DNA from: the human T2T-CHM13v2.0 reference genome, Homo sapiens
Assembly (NCBI GenBank): GCA_009914755.4
Contig: CP068257.2
Span: 32,576,001 to 32,640,000, forward strand
Direction of reading: 5' to 3'
Length of the DNA: 64,000 bases
Positions 28,371 through 44,572 of this stretch are shown here, piece by piece. The position numbers and the translations under genes were made by a program. Within the stretch, counting starts at the first letter, position 1, and each line of letters starts with the position of its first letter. The notes beneath the pieces were generated by a model that was not told the origin of the DNA, made no database searches, and was given only the letters and a program-made list of their open reading frames with translations.

Positions 28371-30530
28371 AAACTCTAGGACTCAAATCTAGGAATGTCT
28401 AATTAAAAAAAAAACGTGGAGAAGATACTTGAAAACAAACCTTAAGTTTTAGGATTTGTGAAGATGCGGTGAAGAGCTCCGTGGGTGAGAGAAACATTTC
28501 GTTTTTCAAAGGTCGAACACAAGAAAAGTAGGTCAGAAAACCAGCTTGTCCAAAGCTCCCTTTCCAGTAACACAGACGAGAGCTTGTGAACCCCCCAGAA
28601 TATACCTTGTAAGTGGAGGAGCAGACAGGGGGTGCAAAGCAGACCTTCTCCACTTCCTGGAGCTGGGGGAGAAGAGTTCCTAGCTCTTTAGCTCCTTCTA
28701 GTCCACGGCCTAATTTGTGTGGCTGCAGTGAGGACTCTGGGATGTGGGGCAGGCCAGCGGTTCTTTTTTCAGAAGTTCCCCAGGCCTCCTAGAGAAATGG
28801 GGAGAGGTCTGAGGGTGGGGGTGAGGATGACTCTCAGTGCAAAGACAGGGCCAAAGGTGTCCGTCTCGGGAGAAACTCACCTGAAAGTGACAAGACGCTG
28901 AGTCCTCCCTTGATTGATACGGCCAATGAAAGAGGGGGCACTACCCAGTGTTTCTCAGGGAGTCTCAGGGGTGGTCTCCTGAGGACACATCCTCCATGGA
29001 AGTATGTGAAGCAGGAAGAAGAAATGCTAGTGACAAAGGTGTGACCCTTCAAGGTTGGCCACAAAGAGACATCATCATCTCTGCTGGGGAGACTCTTCTG
29101 TCTGGAATAGTCTTGGGAGGCAGCAGCACCCTGTGGTCGAACTTTCTGGAGACCCCTGATGTCACGTAAAGGCCCAAAGTGGGATGGGGAGGGCAGCCAC
29201 AGCAGTGCGTCCCAACTGCACGGGACCTGGTCAGCCCTGGGCATTTGGAAATGGGAAGGGACCTGAGGGGATGGAGGCATGGATTTCTATATTAGTACCA
29301 GGTGGAGCCTGGGAGTCAATAACACTGGGAGCTCTCGTAGTCACCCCGTAAATCAGATTGGCTTAGGGAGCTGAAGATGACATTGGCAACACTCTTAACA
29401 GCCGCTCCTCAAACATGGCTCCCAGTTCAGGTCAGGAGACCAAGGCTTGGCGGCTGTGCTAGTTTCAAGGGAAGTGAGGAAAACAAGAATGAGACAGTGC
29501 TTTCTTCCATACATCTAAATTCATTTCACTTAAAAGACTGTTCTCTATTTTGAGAGTATGTCTTCCCCAATTTTGGCGTTAAAAGTATCCTTTCATGAAA
29601 TAATGGCAACACATGATAGGTTTAGAAAAAAGGTTTTTATTTGACAAAAGAGGAAGTTGGTACATTTTGCTGAGCCCTGTGGCCGATTCTTGTAGTTTTC
29701 TCTCCATATTTGCCTTCCCCTTTTTTCATTCTAAGAGGAGTTTAAAGGGGCATGTGACCATCCAGAATAAAGCTTACAGTTCCCAGGTGTCCCTTGGAGC
29801 TCATTGGCCCAAGTTCTGGCCAATGAGATGTTGGCAGAAGTGATGTATACAACTTCTGGGGTGTGTCCTCAAAGGGCAAGGGTCTGTCTGTTCCCTGCCA
29901 CTTTTCCTCTTCCCAAAGGCTGTAGTACAGACATGGTGGTGAGTTATCGTGACTGTGCAGATGAATGCAATATCCCAGGGGCGGCAGAGCAGCAAGACAT
30001 GGGGAGCCTAGAGTCTACTATCAGCCCAGGATGCTTATGGAATGGGAGAGGGAAATAGCCATTGATATTTCATGTCTTTGGAGAGAAAAATGAGTCTGCA
30101 CTTAGATGATATTTGCAGAAATGGCAGTAGTTGAGATCAACCAGGAATAGAGAGTAGAGGGCGAAAAGAACAGTGCCTAGCATGGAGCCTCAAGAGCTCC
30201 ACCATATAATATTTACGGCATGGAGGAAGAACCCATAAAGAGACCGAGGAGTGAAGCTAGAGAAATAGGAAGAGAAAACGGTGTGAAGGAGCCAAGGGGA
30301 GAAAGTATTTGTGAAATAAGGGAGTGGTCAGCCTGTTTCTGTGACACTGAGAGGTCCAGTAAGATGAGGCCCCACATGTAGCCATTCTGTTTAAAACGGA
30401 GATGATTGGAGACCTTATTAAGAATTGTTTCCTTAAAGTGGTGTAGTGAAAGTCTGTGGGAATGGGGTCTGGGGTCAGTGGCAGATGAGGGAGACACAAG
30501 GAGTGTGGCCACAAAGGCAAGAGTAAGAGA

Positions 30531-30835
30531 GGCCAGGTGCAATGTCTCATGCCTGTAATGCCAGCACATTGGGAGGCCTAGGTGGTTGGATCACTTGAGC
30601 CTAGGAATTCAAGACTAGCCTGGGCAACATGGTGAGACCCCGTCTATATCAAAGATACAAAAAACAAAAATCAGCCAGGCATGGTGGCATGCACCTGTAA
30701 TCTCAGATACTTGGGAACTTGAGGCATGAGGATCATCTGAGCCCAGGAGGTTGAAGCTGCAGTAAGCTGTGATCGCACCACTGTACTCCCACCTGGGCAA
30801 TAGCGCAAGACCCTGCCAAAAAAAAAAAAAAAAAG
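30531..30835 (+). mobile_element. Alu
   Basis: ggccaggtgcaatgtctcatgcctgtaatgccagcacattgggaggcctaggtggttggatcacttgagcc ... ctgtactcccacctgggcaatagcgcaagaccctgcc + A18. Confidence 0.9.
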
Positions 30836-30844
30836 ACAGTAAGA

Positions 30845-30955
30845 GAGGATAGGAGCTGGAGGAAGAGGAGGGTCTTCTGGTCTCTCCTTCCCTCCTCTCC
30901 CCTCTCCCTTTTCTTTTTCTTTTCTTTTTCCCTTTCCTTTTTCAAAGATTGCAGC
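30845..30955. repeat. GA/CT-rich simple repeat between an inverted Alu pair
   Basis: gaggataggagctggaggaagaggagg...ctccttccctcctctcccctctcccttttctttttcttttctttttccctttcctttttc. Confidence 0.8.
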
Positions 30956-30962
30956 CATGGTA

Positions 30963-31270
30963 ATTTTTATTTATTTATTTATTTATTTATTTAAGACAGT
31001 CTTGCTCTGTTGCCCAGGCTGGAGTGCAATGGCATGATCTCGGCTCACTGAAACCTCTGCCTCCCGGGTTCAAGTGATTCTCCTGCCTCAGCCTCCCGAG
31101 TAGCTGGGATTACAGGTGTGCACCGCCATGACAGGCTAATTTTTCTATTTTCAGTAGAGATGGGATTTTGCCATATTGGCCAGGCTGGTCTCGAACTCCT
31201 GACCTCAGGTGATCTGCCCACTTCAATCTTCGAAAGTGCTGGGATTACAGGTATGAGCCACTGTGCCCAC
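30963..31270 (-). mobile_element. Alu
   Basis: (TTTA)n + agacagtcttgctctgttgcccaggctggagtgcaatggcatgatctcggctcactgaaacc ... gctgggattacaggtatgagccactgtgcccacc. Confidence 0.9.
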
Positions 31271-34200
31271 CTGCAGCTAGGGGATTTAAATGCTGATGGA
31301 GGAGATGGAAGGAACAAGCTAGAGAGGATAGCTGGTAGCACCAGGCCCTCGAGAAAGCAACAGGCACAGGGCACAGAGGGCATCTGTGAAGGAGCTGGCC
31401 CTCTCAGCAGGAGGAGGGAGAGGTGGGTGCAAACTCAGGGACATCTGTTTGTAGATTTGGTGAGACAGTTTGTTCTCTTTTCTCAGTACAGTAGATGACA
31501 AGGTCATTTGCTGAATGTGAAGGAAGGAAGGAGTGGTTTCAGACGTGGTGAGATTGGAGAAGGTTTGAAGTATAAATTGTGCAAAGAAGAGCCTGTATTG
31601 ACCGAAGGAGCCCTTTGTGGTTCCAATTACCAGGCAGTCCTGAGGGCATAGCCAAGATGGGTGGCTGTGCAGTTCTGGGATGTCCCTCCAGCAGTGATCT
31701 GCTGGCCAATAGCAGGTGTAGAGAAAGTGGATGATGACATCCACCCAAGGCTTGAATTTTGCTAGATAGGTGAGACGTAAGGACAGAGAGGAAGGGAATG
31801 TCTAGTACAGACAGTCTCTGACTTGTTCCACTTATGATTTTTTTGACTTTGCAATGGTGCAAAAGTGATATACATTCAGTAGAAACTGTACTTCCAGCCC
31901 CCATACAGCTATTCTGTTTTTCACTTTCAGTACAGTATTCAATAACATACAAGATACCCATCACTTTATTATAAAATAGGCTTTGTGTGAGATGATGTTG
32001 TTCAACTGTAGGCTAATGTGTTTTGAGTGCATTGAAGGTAGGCTCAGCTAACCTAGCATGTTTAGCTGGTTAGGTGTATTAAATGCATTTCTGACTTACG
32101 ATATCATCAACTTAGGATGAGCTTATCAGGATGTAACCCCACCATAAGTCTAAGAGCATCTGTATTTGGAGGAGAGTAATTACAAGATTGGACTATTGAA
32201 TGTTAGCAGGATAAAATGGAAGGTGAAGCGAGTAAAAGTAATAGATAAGGAATATCTGGGGGGTGGTCACTGGACTGAAGGCCTCAGTGGGGATGAGAGA
32301 GAGGTTAGGACAGGATGCTGTGGTCAGAGAGTGGGGAACTTGGGTTTGAGATTTAGGAGTGAAGGAGCTCTGAGTCTTGGCCAGATCCCAGCAGTGAGCA
32401 TGGGAATGGGTGCTGAGGTGGAAGAAGAGAGGTGGTCACTGATCATGGGGCGAACAAGGGGCCGAGGGGCCAGGACCTTGGCTGGGCCTTACACAGGGAT
32501 GCTGAGGCAGCAACATGAATGGGGGTGGAGAAAGTTGTGAACTGTTTGCTAAATATTGGTTGGATGAGGAAAGGTGCTAAGAGAAGTCCAGAAATGTCCT
32601 AGACAAGGGCAGTGAAAATCCAAGATTGACCTTAGATCTAGTTGAGCAGCTAATTTGCAGGACTGTAATTTCCAGACCACACAGAGAAAAAGTCTGGAAG
32701 TGACTCTATGGAGCCAGGAAGACAGGAGCCCAACTTCTGGTTCCAAAAGTTTCCATTTGAGAGGGCTGCAACAGACGCAGTATCTCTTGGTCAGCCTGGG
32801 GCAGCTGGGTCTCCTCAGCATCTCCTGGTGAGCTTTTAAAATGCAGATTCCAGGGCCTTACCCAGGCTAATTAAATCTGAAGGTTTAGGGCAAGTACCTG
32901 GGCACAGGGCTGCTCCATGGCCTTGGACCTGGACAGTGGAACTCAGATGGGCCCTGTGCTTGTTTTAATGCTCTGCTGCTGCCATCTTGAAAATCCTTAA
33001 TGTTTGTTGAATAAGAAAGCCTGCATATTTGTCTTGTGCTTGGCTTCAGAAATTAGGTAGCCAGCCCTTTCTGGGCAGAAGTATCTTTTTAAACATTTCC
33101 TCAGGGGATTCTGATGTGAAGCCAGGGCTGGGAATCACTAAGTTAAGCCAAGAGTCGGAGGGAACATTCGATGAGATGGCTGAGATGCAAAGGTAGAGAG
33201 TTTGCGATCATGGAGCAAGAATTTGGAGAGCAGCATCGGAGGCAGGAGGGAGAGGGGGATGGCAGATTGAGTCAGGAGGAAGATGGGAGAGGGTATGATG
33301 GGAGAGGATGGATGGGTATGGAATTCCCACTCTAGGTTTCCACTTGGTTCCTTGGAGAAGGATAAGTGCTTTGGCATAAGAGAAGTCTGCTTCAGCCTGA
33401 AAGGAAGACCCAGTGGTGGGTGGGGTGTGGAGCTGGAGATCCTTTGCCTTGAGGTCTTCTGGGGAGTGCATGTGTACAAAGGTGGGCTGGGGCGACGGAT
33501 AGGAGAGCAGGGCCTTTGCAGGGCTGGGCATGAGTGTGAGCAGCCTGGTCACATGGCTTTGGGCTGGTTGTGCTGCATATAGGAGTTGTGTGTTTGGGAG
33601 GGTCTCCAGGTCTCCTTGGAGCTGAGTGACTCATGATGTTTTGGCTGGAGGACAAGAACTGGGAGCTGCCGTTACATAGATGGGGCATAGAGCAATGTCA
33701 GTCTCAAGTGTGGATAACTTGGAATGTTCAGGGAACCTTATCAGGGATGTGGCATGTCCATGGGAATCCTATTTTTCCCTGGGAGTCCAAGAGGAAGTGA
33801 GCGGTGCAAAGGAAGCCAGGACAGGGCTCTGAGAAGAGAAGACTCCCCAGAGAAGTGAGCCGTAAACACAGGCACCACAGGGTCACGCGTTCATGAAATG
33901 TTGGTTGTTTTTCTAAACTATGAGAGATAAGAGGCAGTGAAATCTTCCCTCTGCTTAAGCCCTTTAGTGTAAATATTTCTTTCAAAATCAACCCAGATGG
34001 GACTGGGCCTGGAGAAGCAACCAGGTGCACAGTCATGTTGCTCCACCTCTGCGAGCTGCCTGATCCAGGTCCTGCTATGAAGGGACAAGGCCGGACAAGG
34101 TGCCTCTGAGAACCCCGAGGCTCCTCCAGGAAGGATGACTCCCTAAGAGCAGACGGGAAGCTGCCTGAGGGAAATTTCATCTCCTGAGCTTGTAGCTTGT

Positions 34201-34569
34201 AGTTTGGTCAGGAGAGCAGCAAGCACCATTGTCGCTCTCCCAAACTCAAACATAGCTGAGCAACAGGAGAGGATGGCGAAGGGTGTCTGCTCCAGCACAC
34301 CATGCCAAATCGAAGCTAGGAGCAGCTGGGGAATAAGGGTGCATTTTATCCAGCTTGGCCTCAAGGGAGTCTGGCCTCCTGCTTGCTGGCCTCCAGCCTT
34401 TTGTGGTCCAGCTTAATCTGTTTCAAGGGCATCTGTGGTTCCACTCCAACGTTAAGCCTGAGTTGGTACTGAGTGTCCCCAGCAGACAGCCACATGGTGG
34501 AAGGTTCATACTTGGGTTTCCTAAACTGTATTAGTCAGGGTTCTCCAGAGGGACAGAACTAATAGGCGA

Positions 34570-34619
<50 letters not shown>
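34570..34619. repeat. (TATC)12 tetranucleotide microsatellite
   Basis: atctatctatctatcta... read directly. Confidence 0.95.
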
Positions 34620-35249
34620 GGAGTTTATTAAGTATTAACTTACACTGTCACAAGGTCCCACAATAGGCTGTCTGCAAGCTTGAGGAGCGAGGAGAGTCAG
34701 TCCAAGTCCCAAAACGGAAGAACTTGGAGTCTAATGTTCAAGAGCAGGAAGCATCCAGCCCTGGAGAAAGATGCAGGCTCGGAGGCTAGGCCAGTCTGGC
34801 CTTTTCACATTTTTCTGCCTGCTTTATATTCACTGGCAGCTGATTAGATGGTACCCACAAGATTAAGGGTGTGCCTGCCTTCCCCAGCCCACTGACTCAA
34901 ATGTTAATCTTTTTTGGCAACACCCTCACAGACACACCCAGGATCAAGACTTGCATCCTTCAATCCAATCAAGCTACACTTAGTATTAACCATCACACAG
35001 ACTAACAGCAGAATCAGGAGCCTCACCGGGAGAGCGCAGAGCACATTGAGGCAGTAGACATGCGCTCCAGGCCACTTGGGATGTCCTGCTCTCCATAGAA
35101 ATATACTAACATTATACATTCTCAATATGCAAATGGCCAATATGCACATGAAAAGATGCTCAACAACACTAATCATTAGAAAAATGCAAAACAAAGCCAC
35201 AGTGAGATACCACCTCACACCCATTAGGATGGCCACTGTCAAAAAAAGA

Positions 35250-35385
35250 ACGAAGGAAGGAAAGAAGGGAGGAAGGGAGGGAGGGAGGAAGGAAGGAAGG
35301 GAGGGAGGGAGGAAGGAAAGAAGGGAGGGAGGAAGGAAGGGAGGAAGGGAAGGAGAGAGGGAGGGAGGGAGGAAAGAATAAGTGT
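35250..35385. repeat. (GGAA)n / (GGGA)n purine-rich microsatellite
   Basis: gaaggaaggaaagaagggaggaagggagggagggaggaaggaagg... Confidence 0.9.
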
Positions 35386-35865
35386 AGACCAGCATGTAGA
35401 GGCAACCCTGGTGCACTGCTGGTGGGAATGTAAATGGTGCAGCCACTGTGGAAAATGGTAAGACAGGTCCTTAAAAAATTAAAAATGGAATTACCACAGC
35501 ATCCAGCAATTCTACTTCTGGGTATATACCCAAAAGAATTGAAAACAGAGTCTCAAAGAGATATCTGTATGCCCACGTTTATAGCCGTGAATGGCTATTC
35601 ACGTAGATGAATGGAATGAGCCAAATATAGCATATGCATACAATGGGATGTTATTCAGCCTTAAGAAGGAAGGAAATTCTCACATATGCTACCACATGGA
35701 TGAACTTTGAGAACATTATGCCAAGTGAAATAAGCCAGGCACAAAAAGACAAATAACTGTATGAATGCGCTTATATGAGGTACTGATTCTTCAATGGATA
35801 TAGAGTTTGGTTTCTACAAAGTTCTGGATGTGGATGGTGGTGATAGTTGCACAACATAATGAATG

Positions 35866-36221
35866 TACAGTCATATGTCACTTAATGACAGTGATATGTT
35901 CTGAGAAACGTGCCATTAGGTGATTTTGTTGTGCGAACATCATAAAGCGTACTTACTCTAACCGAGTTAGCATAGCCTACTACACACCCAGGCTGTAACG
36001 GTAAAGCCTATTGCTCCTAAGCTACAACCCTCTATGGCATGTCACTGTATTGAATACTGGAGGCAACTGTAACACAATGATAAGTATTTGTGTATCTAAA
36101 CAAATAAGATTATAATACTGTAAAAATACTGTATATGATAAAAATACTGTATATGACAATACCACTGTCTTATATGTGGTCTGTTGTCGACCAAAACACC
36201 ACTATACAGTGCATGACTGTA
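35866..36221 (+). mobile_element. Tc1/mariner-type nonautonomous element (MITE, pogo/Tigger-like), internally deleted, inserted at TA inside the L1 3'UTR
   Basis: Termini TAcagtcatatgtcacttaatgacag ... ctatacagtgcatgacTGTA form inverted repeats. The L1 sequence aatgaatg[ta]...[ta]cttaacaccactgaactg is continuous once the element and one TA are removed. Confidence 0.55.
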
Positions 36222-36257
36222 CTTAACACCACTGAACTGTACAATTAAAAATAACTA

Positions 36258-36596
<339 letters not shown>

Positions 36597-37928
36597 TTAT
36601 GTCTATTTTAACACAATAAAAAATGAAAACTTTTTTAGATTTTTTTTTTGGATCAACAGAACCTGACTGCTTTGAAGAAGTCTGACTCCCCTATTTTGAC
36701 TGCCAGGGATAAAATGGTCAGGAAAGCCTGTCTTATTAGTGGGTTGGTTGAGTGACTGGCAATGTGATACCCTTTGGCTCCCGTCCTCACTACTGAAGAT
36801 TGCTTAAACCACCATTGGAAAGGATGGGTGCTGAGCAAATCTACACGGAGTGCCATGAAGAAGGTTCCACCTCCTCTTGACCTCGGACCCCAGAGTCACA
36901 TCCCTAAATGGACAGTGTCAAAAGAACTTGGGGGTTGCACTTCCCATCCAGCCAATTCATCCTTTGCTCGAGAATGAGTGTGTGGGGTTTACTGTGCACA
37001 CCTCCTGAGTTTTCCAGGGTTTCATCATTTTGTCCCCAACTACTTGCAAGTTCTATGAATTTCTCCATCCTCCCTGAAGCCCCTTCCATCTGCCTTCCTT
37101 GCCTGAGGACCTGCCCCTAACCTCTTCATTTGGAACTCTTTAAACTCTTTGCTTGGTTGGCTCTTTCCCACTTAATTCTTCTTTTGCATCAGAGGAGGGT
37201 GGAGGGGCTTCAATTAGGAAGATGGAGAAGAAAAGGAAGATGATCAGAGTCTAGATTCTGGAAGAGAGTTGACTATCCCCATCCTCTGCTCCACCCCGAC
37301 CCTGGATGCTTAAAGTCTTGCACTTCCAGGTTCATCTCTTGCTGAGACTTGCCAGAGCCTGTGAGGCAGCACTTGCTAGAAGAATGTCCACTCCTCATCA
37401 ACCTTCAAACACATTAAAAAGTCACCTTCGCTTGTTCATTTCCAACATCTGAGTTCCCTTTCACTGCAACAGGTAGGGGACACCATTCTGGTGCATGCTT
37501 TTCCTGGTAGAAATCTTCGTGCCCTTGCAAAGCTGAGAAGTAGCTCCTTCCTCCAGGGTCCACACTGCTGTGTCGCGCACCTGTTCACGAGGCACATTCC
37601 TCTCCAGCTCTGGGCTGCTGCATGTCACCTGGCATATCAGGCAGCTCTCCCAGCACCTTCTGTAAATGTTAGCGTTGGTTCCTCTGCCTCAGAAGTTTTT
37701 TCTCAGACCTCATGATCACATCACTTCATCCCTGGAGGCATTTTCTTGTCCAGAATGTCTCTGATGCTCAACAGCATCTGTCTCTGTCTGAAGATCAGAT
37801 ATAAGGACTCCAGCACCCCCTGTCTTTGGGTGGCTAATGTCACTTATCTATCTGCAGCCCATGCCCTAAATCAGTGGTCTCCAAACCTATCTCGTTATGT
37901 GACACATTTAGTAAAATGTTGGGGGGCA

Positions 37929-38241
<313 letters not shown>

Positions 38242-38514
38242 TTACTTATCAACTATATATTATGTAAATTATAAGACATACATACAATTGAAACTAAAAG
38301 GATGAACAAGATGAAATAAACAATATTTTGAGTGCCACTAATTGTGACAGCTTTGTATTACCATTCGTTAGTACCTGAAGGCATAATATACATTTAGATT
38401 TAAGGTTCATCGTTAACAATAAGGGTTATAGATATGCATTCGAAGTAGTCTTCTTGTGAATTTCTATCTTCTTTTGACTGGCTTCTTGTCAGATCTGAAT
38501 AGCTCCATGCATTT

Positions 38515-38825
38515 TTATGTATTTATTTATTTGAGACAGGATCTGGCTCTGTCACCCAGGCTGGAATGCAGTGGCATTCCACAGCTCACTGCAGCTCACT
38601 GCAGCCTCACTGCAGCATTCCACAGCTCACTGCAGCCTCAACCTGGGTTCAAGCGATCCTCCCACCTCAGCCTCCTGAGTAGCTGGGACCGCAGGTGTGT
38701 GCCACCATGCCGGCTAATTTTTATTTTTATTTTTGCAGAGACAGGGTCTCACCATGTTGCCCAGGCTGGTCTCGAACTTCTGGGCCCAAACAATCCCCCC
38801 ACCTTGGCCTCCCGAAATGCCTTGC
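38515..38825 (-). mobile_element. Alu with internal tandem duplication (ctcactgcag motif repeated) and a diverged 5' part
   Basis: tttatttgagacaggatctggctctgtcacccaggctggaatgcagtggcattccacagctcactgcagctcactgcagcctcactgcagcattccacagctcactgcagcctcaacctgggttcaagcgatcc... Confidence 0.8.
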
Positions 38826-39423
38826 ATGGCCTCAGAGGAGCTTTCCCTGTCTCAGTGTGAGGAGAGAAGTTAGCACCACCTTTTCTTTTTGCTTCCTGTG
38901 TGGTGGCCAGGTCAGTATAATCCCCAATCAACTTTTAAAATAGTAATCTACTAAATCCACCCATTCATTGCATGAGAATTGATTGCATTACTATAGATGG
39001 TCTAATCTATAAATCCACTTACCTGCCTGCAGGTAGATTGCTCTGGTCACTCTGACCAGGGCTTGTCTGTCCCTCTGAGGTGTGGCTGTTCTACTCCCTA
39101 AGAGGCTTCAAGTCCTGCATGTGAGGGACTAAGTGAGGGGACCCATGAGCACCTTCATATAAAATATAGTATATTAGCTCACAAGGATTGTTCTATCAAA
39201 GTACCACAAACTAGGTGGTGTAAACAACAGAAACATATTCTCTCCTAGTTCTGGAGACCAGAAGTCTGAGATCATGGGTGTCCACTGGGTGGGTTCCTCC
39301 TGAGGCTGGGAGGGAGGATCTGTTCCAGGTCCCACTGCCCTGGCTTCTGGGGGTTGCTGGCAATCTATGGTACTTGTGGACACGGCACCCCCACCTCTGC
39401 CTTCATCTTCCATGGTCTAACTC

Positions 39424-39449
39424 TGTGTGTGTGTGTGCACGTGTGTGTG
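39424..39449. repeat. (GT)n microsatellite, interrupted
   Basis: tgtgtgtgtgtgtgcacgtgtgtgtgg. Confidence 0.8.
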
Positions 39450-39842
39450 GTCCAAATTTCTCCTTTTTATAAGGATATCAGTTATATTGAATTAGGCCTC
39501 ACCCTACTGATCTCATTTGATCATCTCTGTGAAGACTTTACCTCCAAGTTAGGTCACACTCTGAGGTACTGGGGGTTGGGATTCCATTATATGCTTTTTA
39601 GGGGAATGACGTTCAACCTATAACACTCTGTGAAGCTCACTTTTTTCTACTTTCTAGATAAAATAAACAGAAATAGAGGTTCTAATGGCTTCCTTTGGCA
39701 TCCCCACAGAGAGTGGTCTGTTGCTCCCACGGGGTGTATGTACTCTCCTATGGAGGCCACTGCCTTATCAGTTCTGGCCCTCCTCCTCCCCTTATGATCA
39801 CTCACCCCTAGTTCTCACTAGGAGCAGGGGGATGTGGGATGT

Positions 39843-40212
39843 TGATATGGTTTGGCTCTGTGTCCCCACCCAAATCTCATCTCAAATTGTAATCCCCATA
39901 GTCCCCACGTGTCAAGGGAGGGACCTGGTGGGAGGTGATTGGATCTTGGGGGTGGGTCTCCTCGTGCTGTTCTTGTGATAGTGAGTGAGTTCTTACGAGA
40001 TCTGAAGGTGTTAAGTGTTTCGCAGTTCCTCCTTCACATGCTCTCTCTTGCCTTCCACCTTATAGATGTGACTGCTTCCCCTTCTGACATGATTATAAGT
40101 TTCCTGAGGCCTCCTCAGCCATGCAGAACTGTGAATCAATTAAGCCTCTTTCCTTTATAAATTACCCAGTTTTGGGTATTTCTTTATAGCCGTGTGAAAA
40201 TGGACTAACACC
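39843..40212 (+). mobile_element. MaLR solo LTR (MST-like)
   Basis: tgatatggtttggctctgtgtccccacccaaatctcatctcaaattgtaatccccatagtccccacgtgtcaagggagggacctggtgggaggtgattggatcttggggg ... cctctttcctttataaattacccagttttgggtatttctttatagccgtgtgaaaatggactaacacc. Confidence 0.8.
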
Positions 40213-40385
40213 AGTGTGGAGTAGACGAGGACCGTAGGAACTCCACCTGAGATCTTCAGAAGATTGATTTAACGGGAAACTTCTGGTGTCAGGATAGCCA
40301 AGTGAGCCACTGGCTAGCCTCCTCTCCATCTTCTCCCTTGCTCTGAACCTCAGAAATAATACTAAAGTTGTGTGTACCACACAAC

Positions 40386-40674
40386 TTTTTTTTTCCAGAT
40401 AGGGTCTCACTCTATCACCCAGGCTGGTGCAGTGGTGTGATCACGGCTCACTGCAGCCTCAACCTCCAGGGCTCAGGTGAACATCTCACCTCAGCCTTTC
40501 AAGTAGCTGGGACTACAGGTGCACACCACCCTGCCTGGCTAATTTTTGAATTTTTTGTAGAAACAGGTTTTCTTCATGTTGTCCAGGCTGGTCGTGAACT
40601 CTTGGGCTCAGGTGATCCACCTGCCTTGTCCTCCCAAAGTAATGGGATTACAGACATGAACCACCGTGACCAGC
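40386..40674 (-). mobile_element. Alu
   Basis: T9 + ccagatagggtctcactctatcacccaggctggtgcagtggtgtgatcacggctcactgcagcc ... aatgggattacagacatgaaccaccgtgaccagc. Confidence 0.85.
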
Positions 40675-40744
40675 TCAAGACATAGTTTTAAGTGAAGACA
40701 TAACTGTAAACAAGAAGGGGGAGAAACAGTTTTACAATTCTTCA

Positions 40745-41310
40745 AAAAGTTAGCCACGAAATTATCATATGACTCAGCTATTCCACTCCTAAGTATATAC
40801 CCCAAATAATTGAAAATATATTCAAATAAGAAATTGTATATGAATATTCATAACAGCAGTATTCACAATAGCCAAAACGTGAAGCAATCCAAATGTCCAC
40901 CAGTGGAGGGATAAGCAGCATGTGGGATAATCCGTATAGTGGAATATTATTCAGCCATAACAAGGCATGAGATGCGGATACATGTTACAACATGGATGAA
41001 CCTTGAAATCATTATGCTAAGTGAGGGAAGCCAGACACAAAAGGTCACGTGTGATATGATTTCATTATACGAAATGTTCAGAATAGCTCAATCCAGAGAC
41101 AGAGAGCCAATCTGTGATTGTCAGGGGCTGGGAGGAGGGGAGAATGGGGATTGACTGCTTAATGGGACAGAGTTTTCTTTCGGGTGCTGAAGATGGTTTG
41201 GAACTAGATAGAGGTGGTAGTTGTGCAACATTGTGAATGAACAAAATGCCACTGAATTGGACACTTTAAAATGGCTAATTTTAAGTTGTATAAATTTTAC
41301 CTCCATTTAA
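40745..41310 (+). mobile_element. Old L1 (L1M-like) 3' end
   Basis: ...cagcagtattcacaatagccaaaacgtgaagcaatccaaatgtccaccagtggagggataagc...ggctgggaggaggggagaatggggattgactgcttaatgggacagagttttctttcgggtgctgaagatggtttggaactagatagaggtggtagttgtgcaacattgtgaatgaac...ccactgaattggacactttaaaatggctaattttaagttgtataaatttt. Confidence 0.75.
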
Positions 41311-42685
41311 AATATAAAGCAAGAAGGTGAAGTCTTGGAGAATCAGAGACGTGTACTCTGTAACCAGGAATGGCTTCACATGTGAAGGGGACTCAGTCTC
41401 CAAGTTGGTGCCATCCAGTGTAACAAAGGCCCTACAATCAGCCTGGGCAGCCTCCACTAACTTGGTCATGTGAAAATTCTAGCAACAACATGGATTTAAA
41501 AACAAAAACAAAAACAAATGGCTTGATGTTTTCTGCTGTTCAGAGCTCCAGGACAACGTCAACGTATTAATAACCGCAATTTACAAGACCCCTTCCTGTC
41601 TTCTGTCTCACTTCCAAACCTTCAAATCTTGTATTTTAAGTTCCTCCTGTTGTCTCTGGAATGCAGTTAATTGACTTGGAATGACTATAATCTCCGGTAG
41701 AGAATAACATGCTTACTGGGTCAATAGCTCTTTCTCAAAAGAGCTGCACAAAGCAGATTATGTGTGAATTCAGAGAATGATCTTTGGTGCCAAGCTGTGT
41801 TGGATTTGAAATGTCCTGTCAAGTTTCAGATTCACAGCTTGACATTTATATGGTTATTTATGTCACTTATTAACTGTGGTATGTTTGTGGCAATCTAGTT
41901 ATGATTGCCCTCCTAGCTTGTGAATAGCAAGAAGAGATTGCTTTGTGACAAGAGCTCACCCTGGGATGTTCTGTTGAACACAACTTGGGGAGGATGGGGA
42001 TCGAAAGGGCTGATGGCTTTGTTATGTATTATTTTTGCTCTGTGATGTTCTAGAAGCTTTTGCCCCAAGAACACTGGTTGCCAGGTATTCTGCTGCTCTG
42101 GGTCCAGGAAAAGGCAGGAAGAAGCTTGTGAATCTGCTTCAGGTGCATGGTCTTGAACAGCCTTTGTTTCTAGGAGATGCGGAGGCACTCAGAGAAAAGC
42201 CCTGGATTTCTTTAAGGTGGTTTGGAGATTTGGCCTGAGTAGGGGATTGTGGAGAACCAATATTTTGCTTTTGGAGAAATTTGTCTTAATTTTTGACATT
42301 CTGGCATTAAAAACAAAGATATTAAACTGTGATTTTTAGCTTTTGCCTGCTGTGCAGGGGTACTGCTCTGTGCTGATGGGCATGTCCTCTCTAATGCAGA
42401 CCTGGAATGAAATGAACTCACATTCCAAGGCTTCTGGTTATAATGTTTGCCCTCCCTCCACCTTCCCCACCCTGTGGAGCTTTAGGGTAAAAAGGGTTAT
42501 GATGTGGAGCTTTAGGGTGAAATGGGTAGGATGAAGGAGAGGCTGGGGCAACAGAAGAGAGGAGCTTTGGGTTCAGCTCAGAACCAAATCTACTGGGCTT
42601 CTCCAGCTACAGATGAGGTTCTCAAGAGGGCGCTCTATCCTGACACTTCCAGAAGAACCAGAAAAAAAGTTTAAAAGCCTATCTG

Positions 42686-44572
<1,887 letters not shown>

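Noticed and set aside
35076-35405. ORF with the [23 protein letters not shown] low-complexity tail, and opposite-strand ORFs rich in SLP(P/S)FLPPSLP
   Set aside because: Both are translations of the (GGAA)n/(GGGA)n microsatellite embedded in an L1 fragment. They are not a collagen-like or repeat protein.
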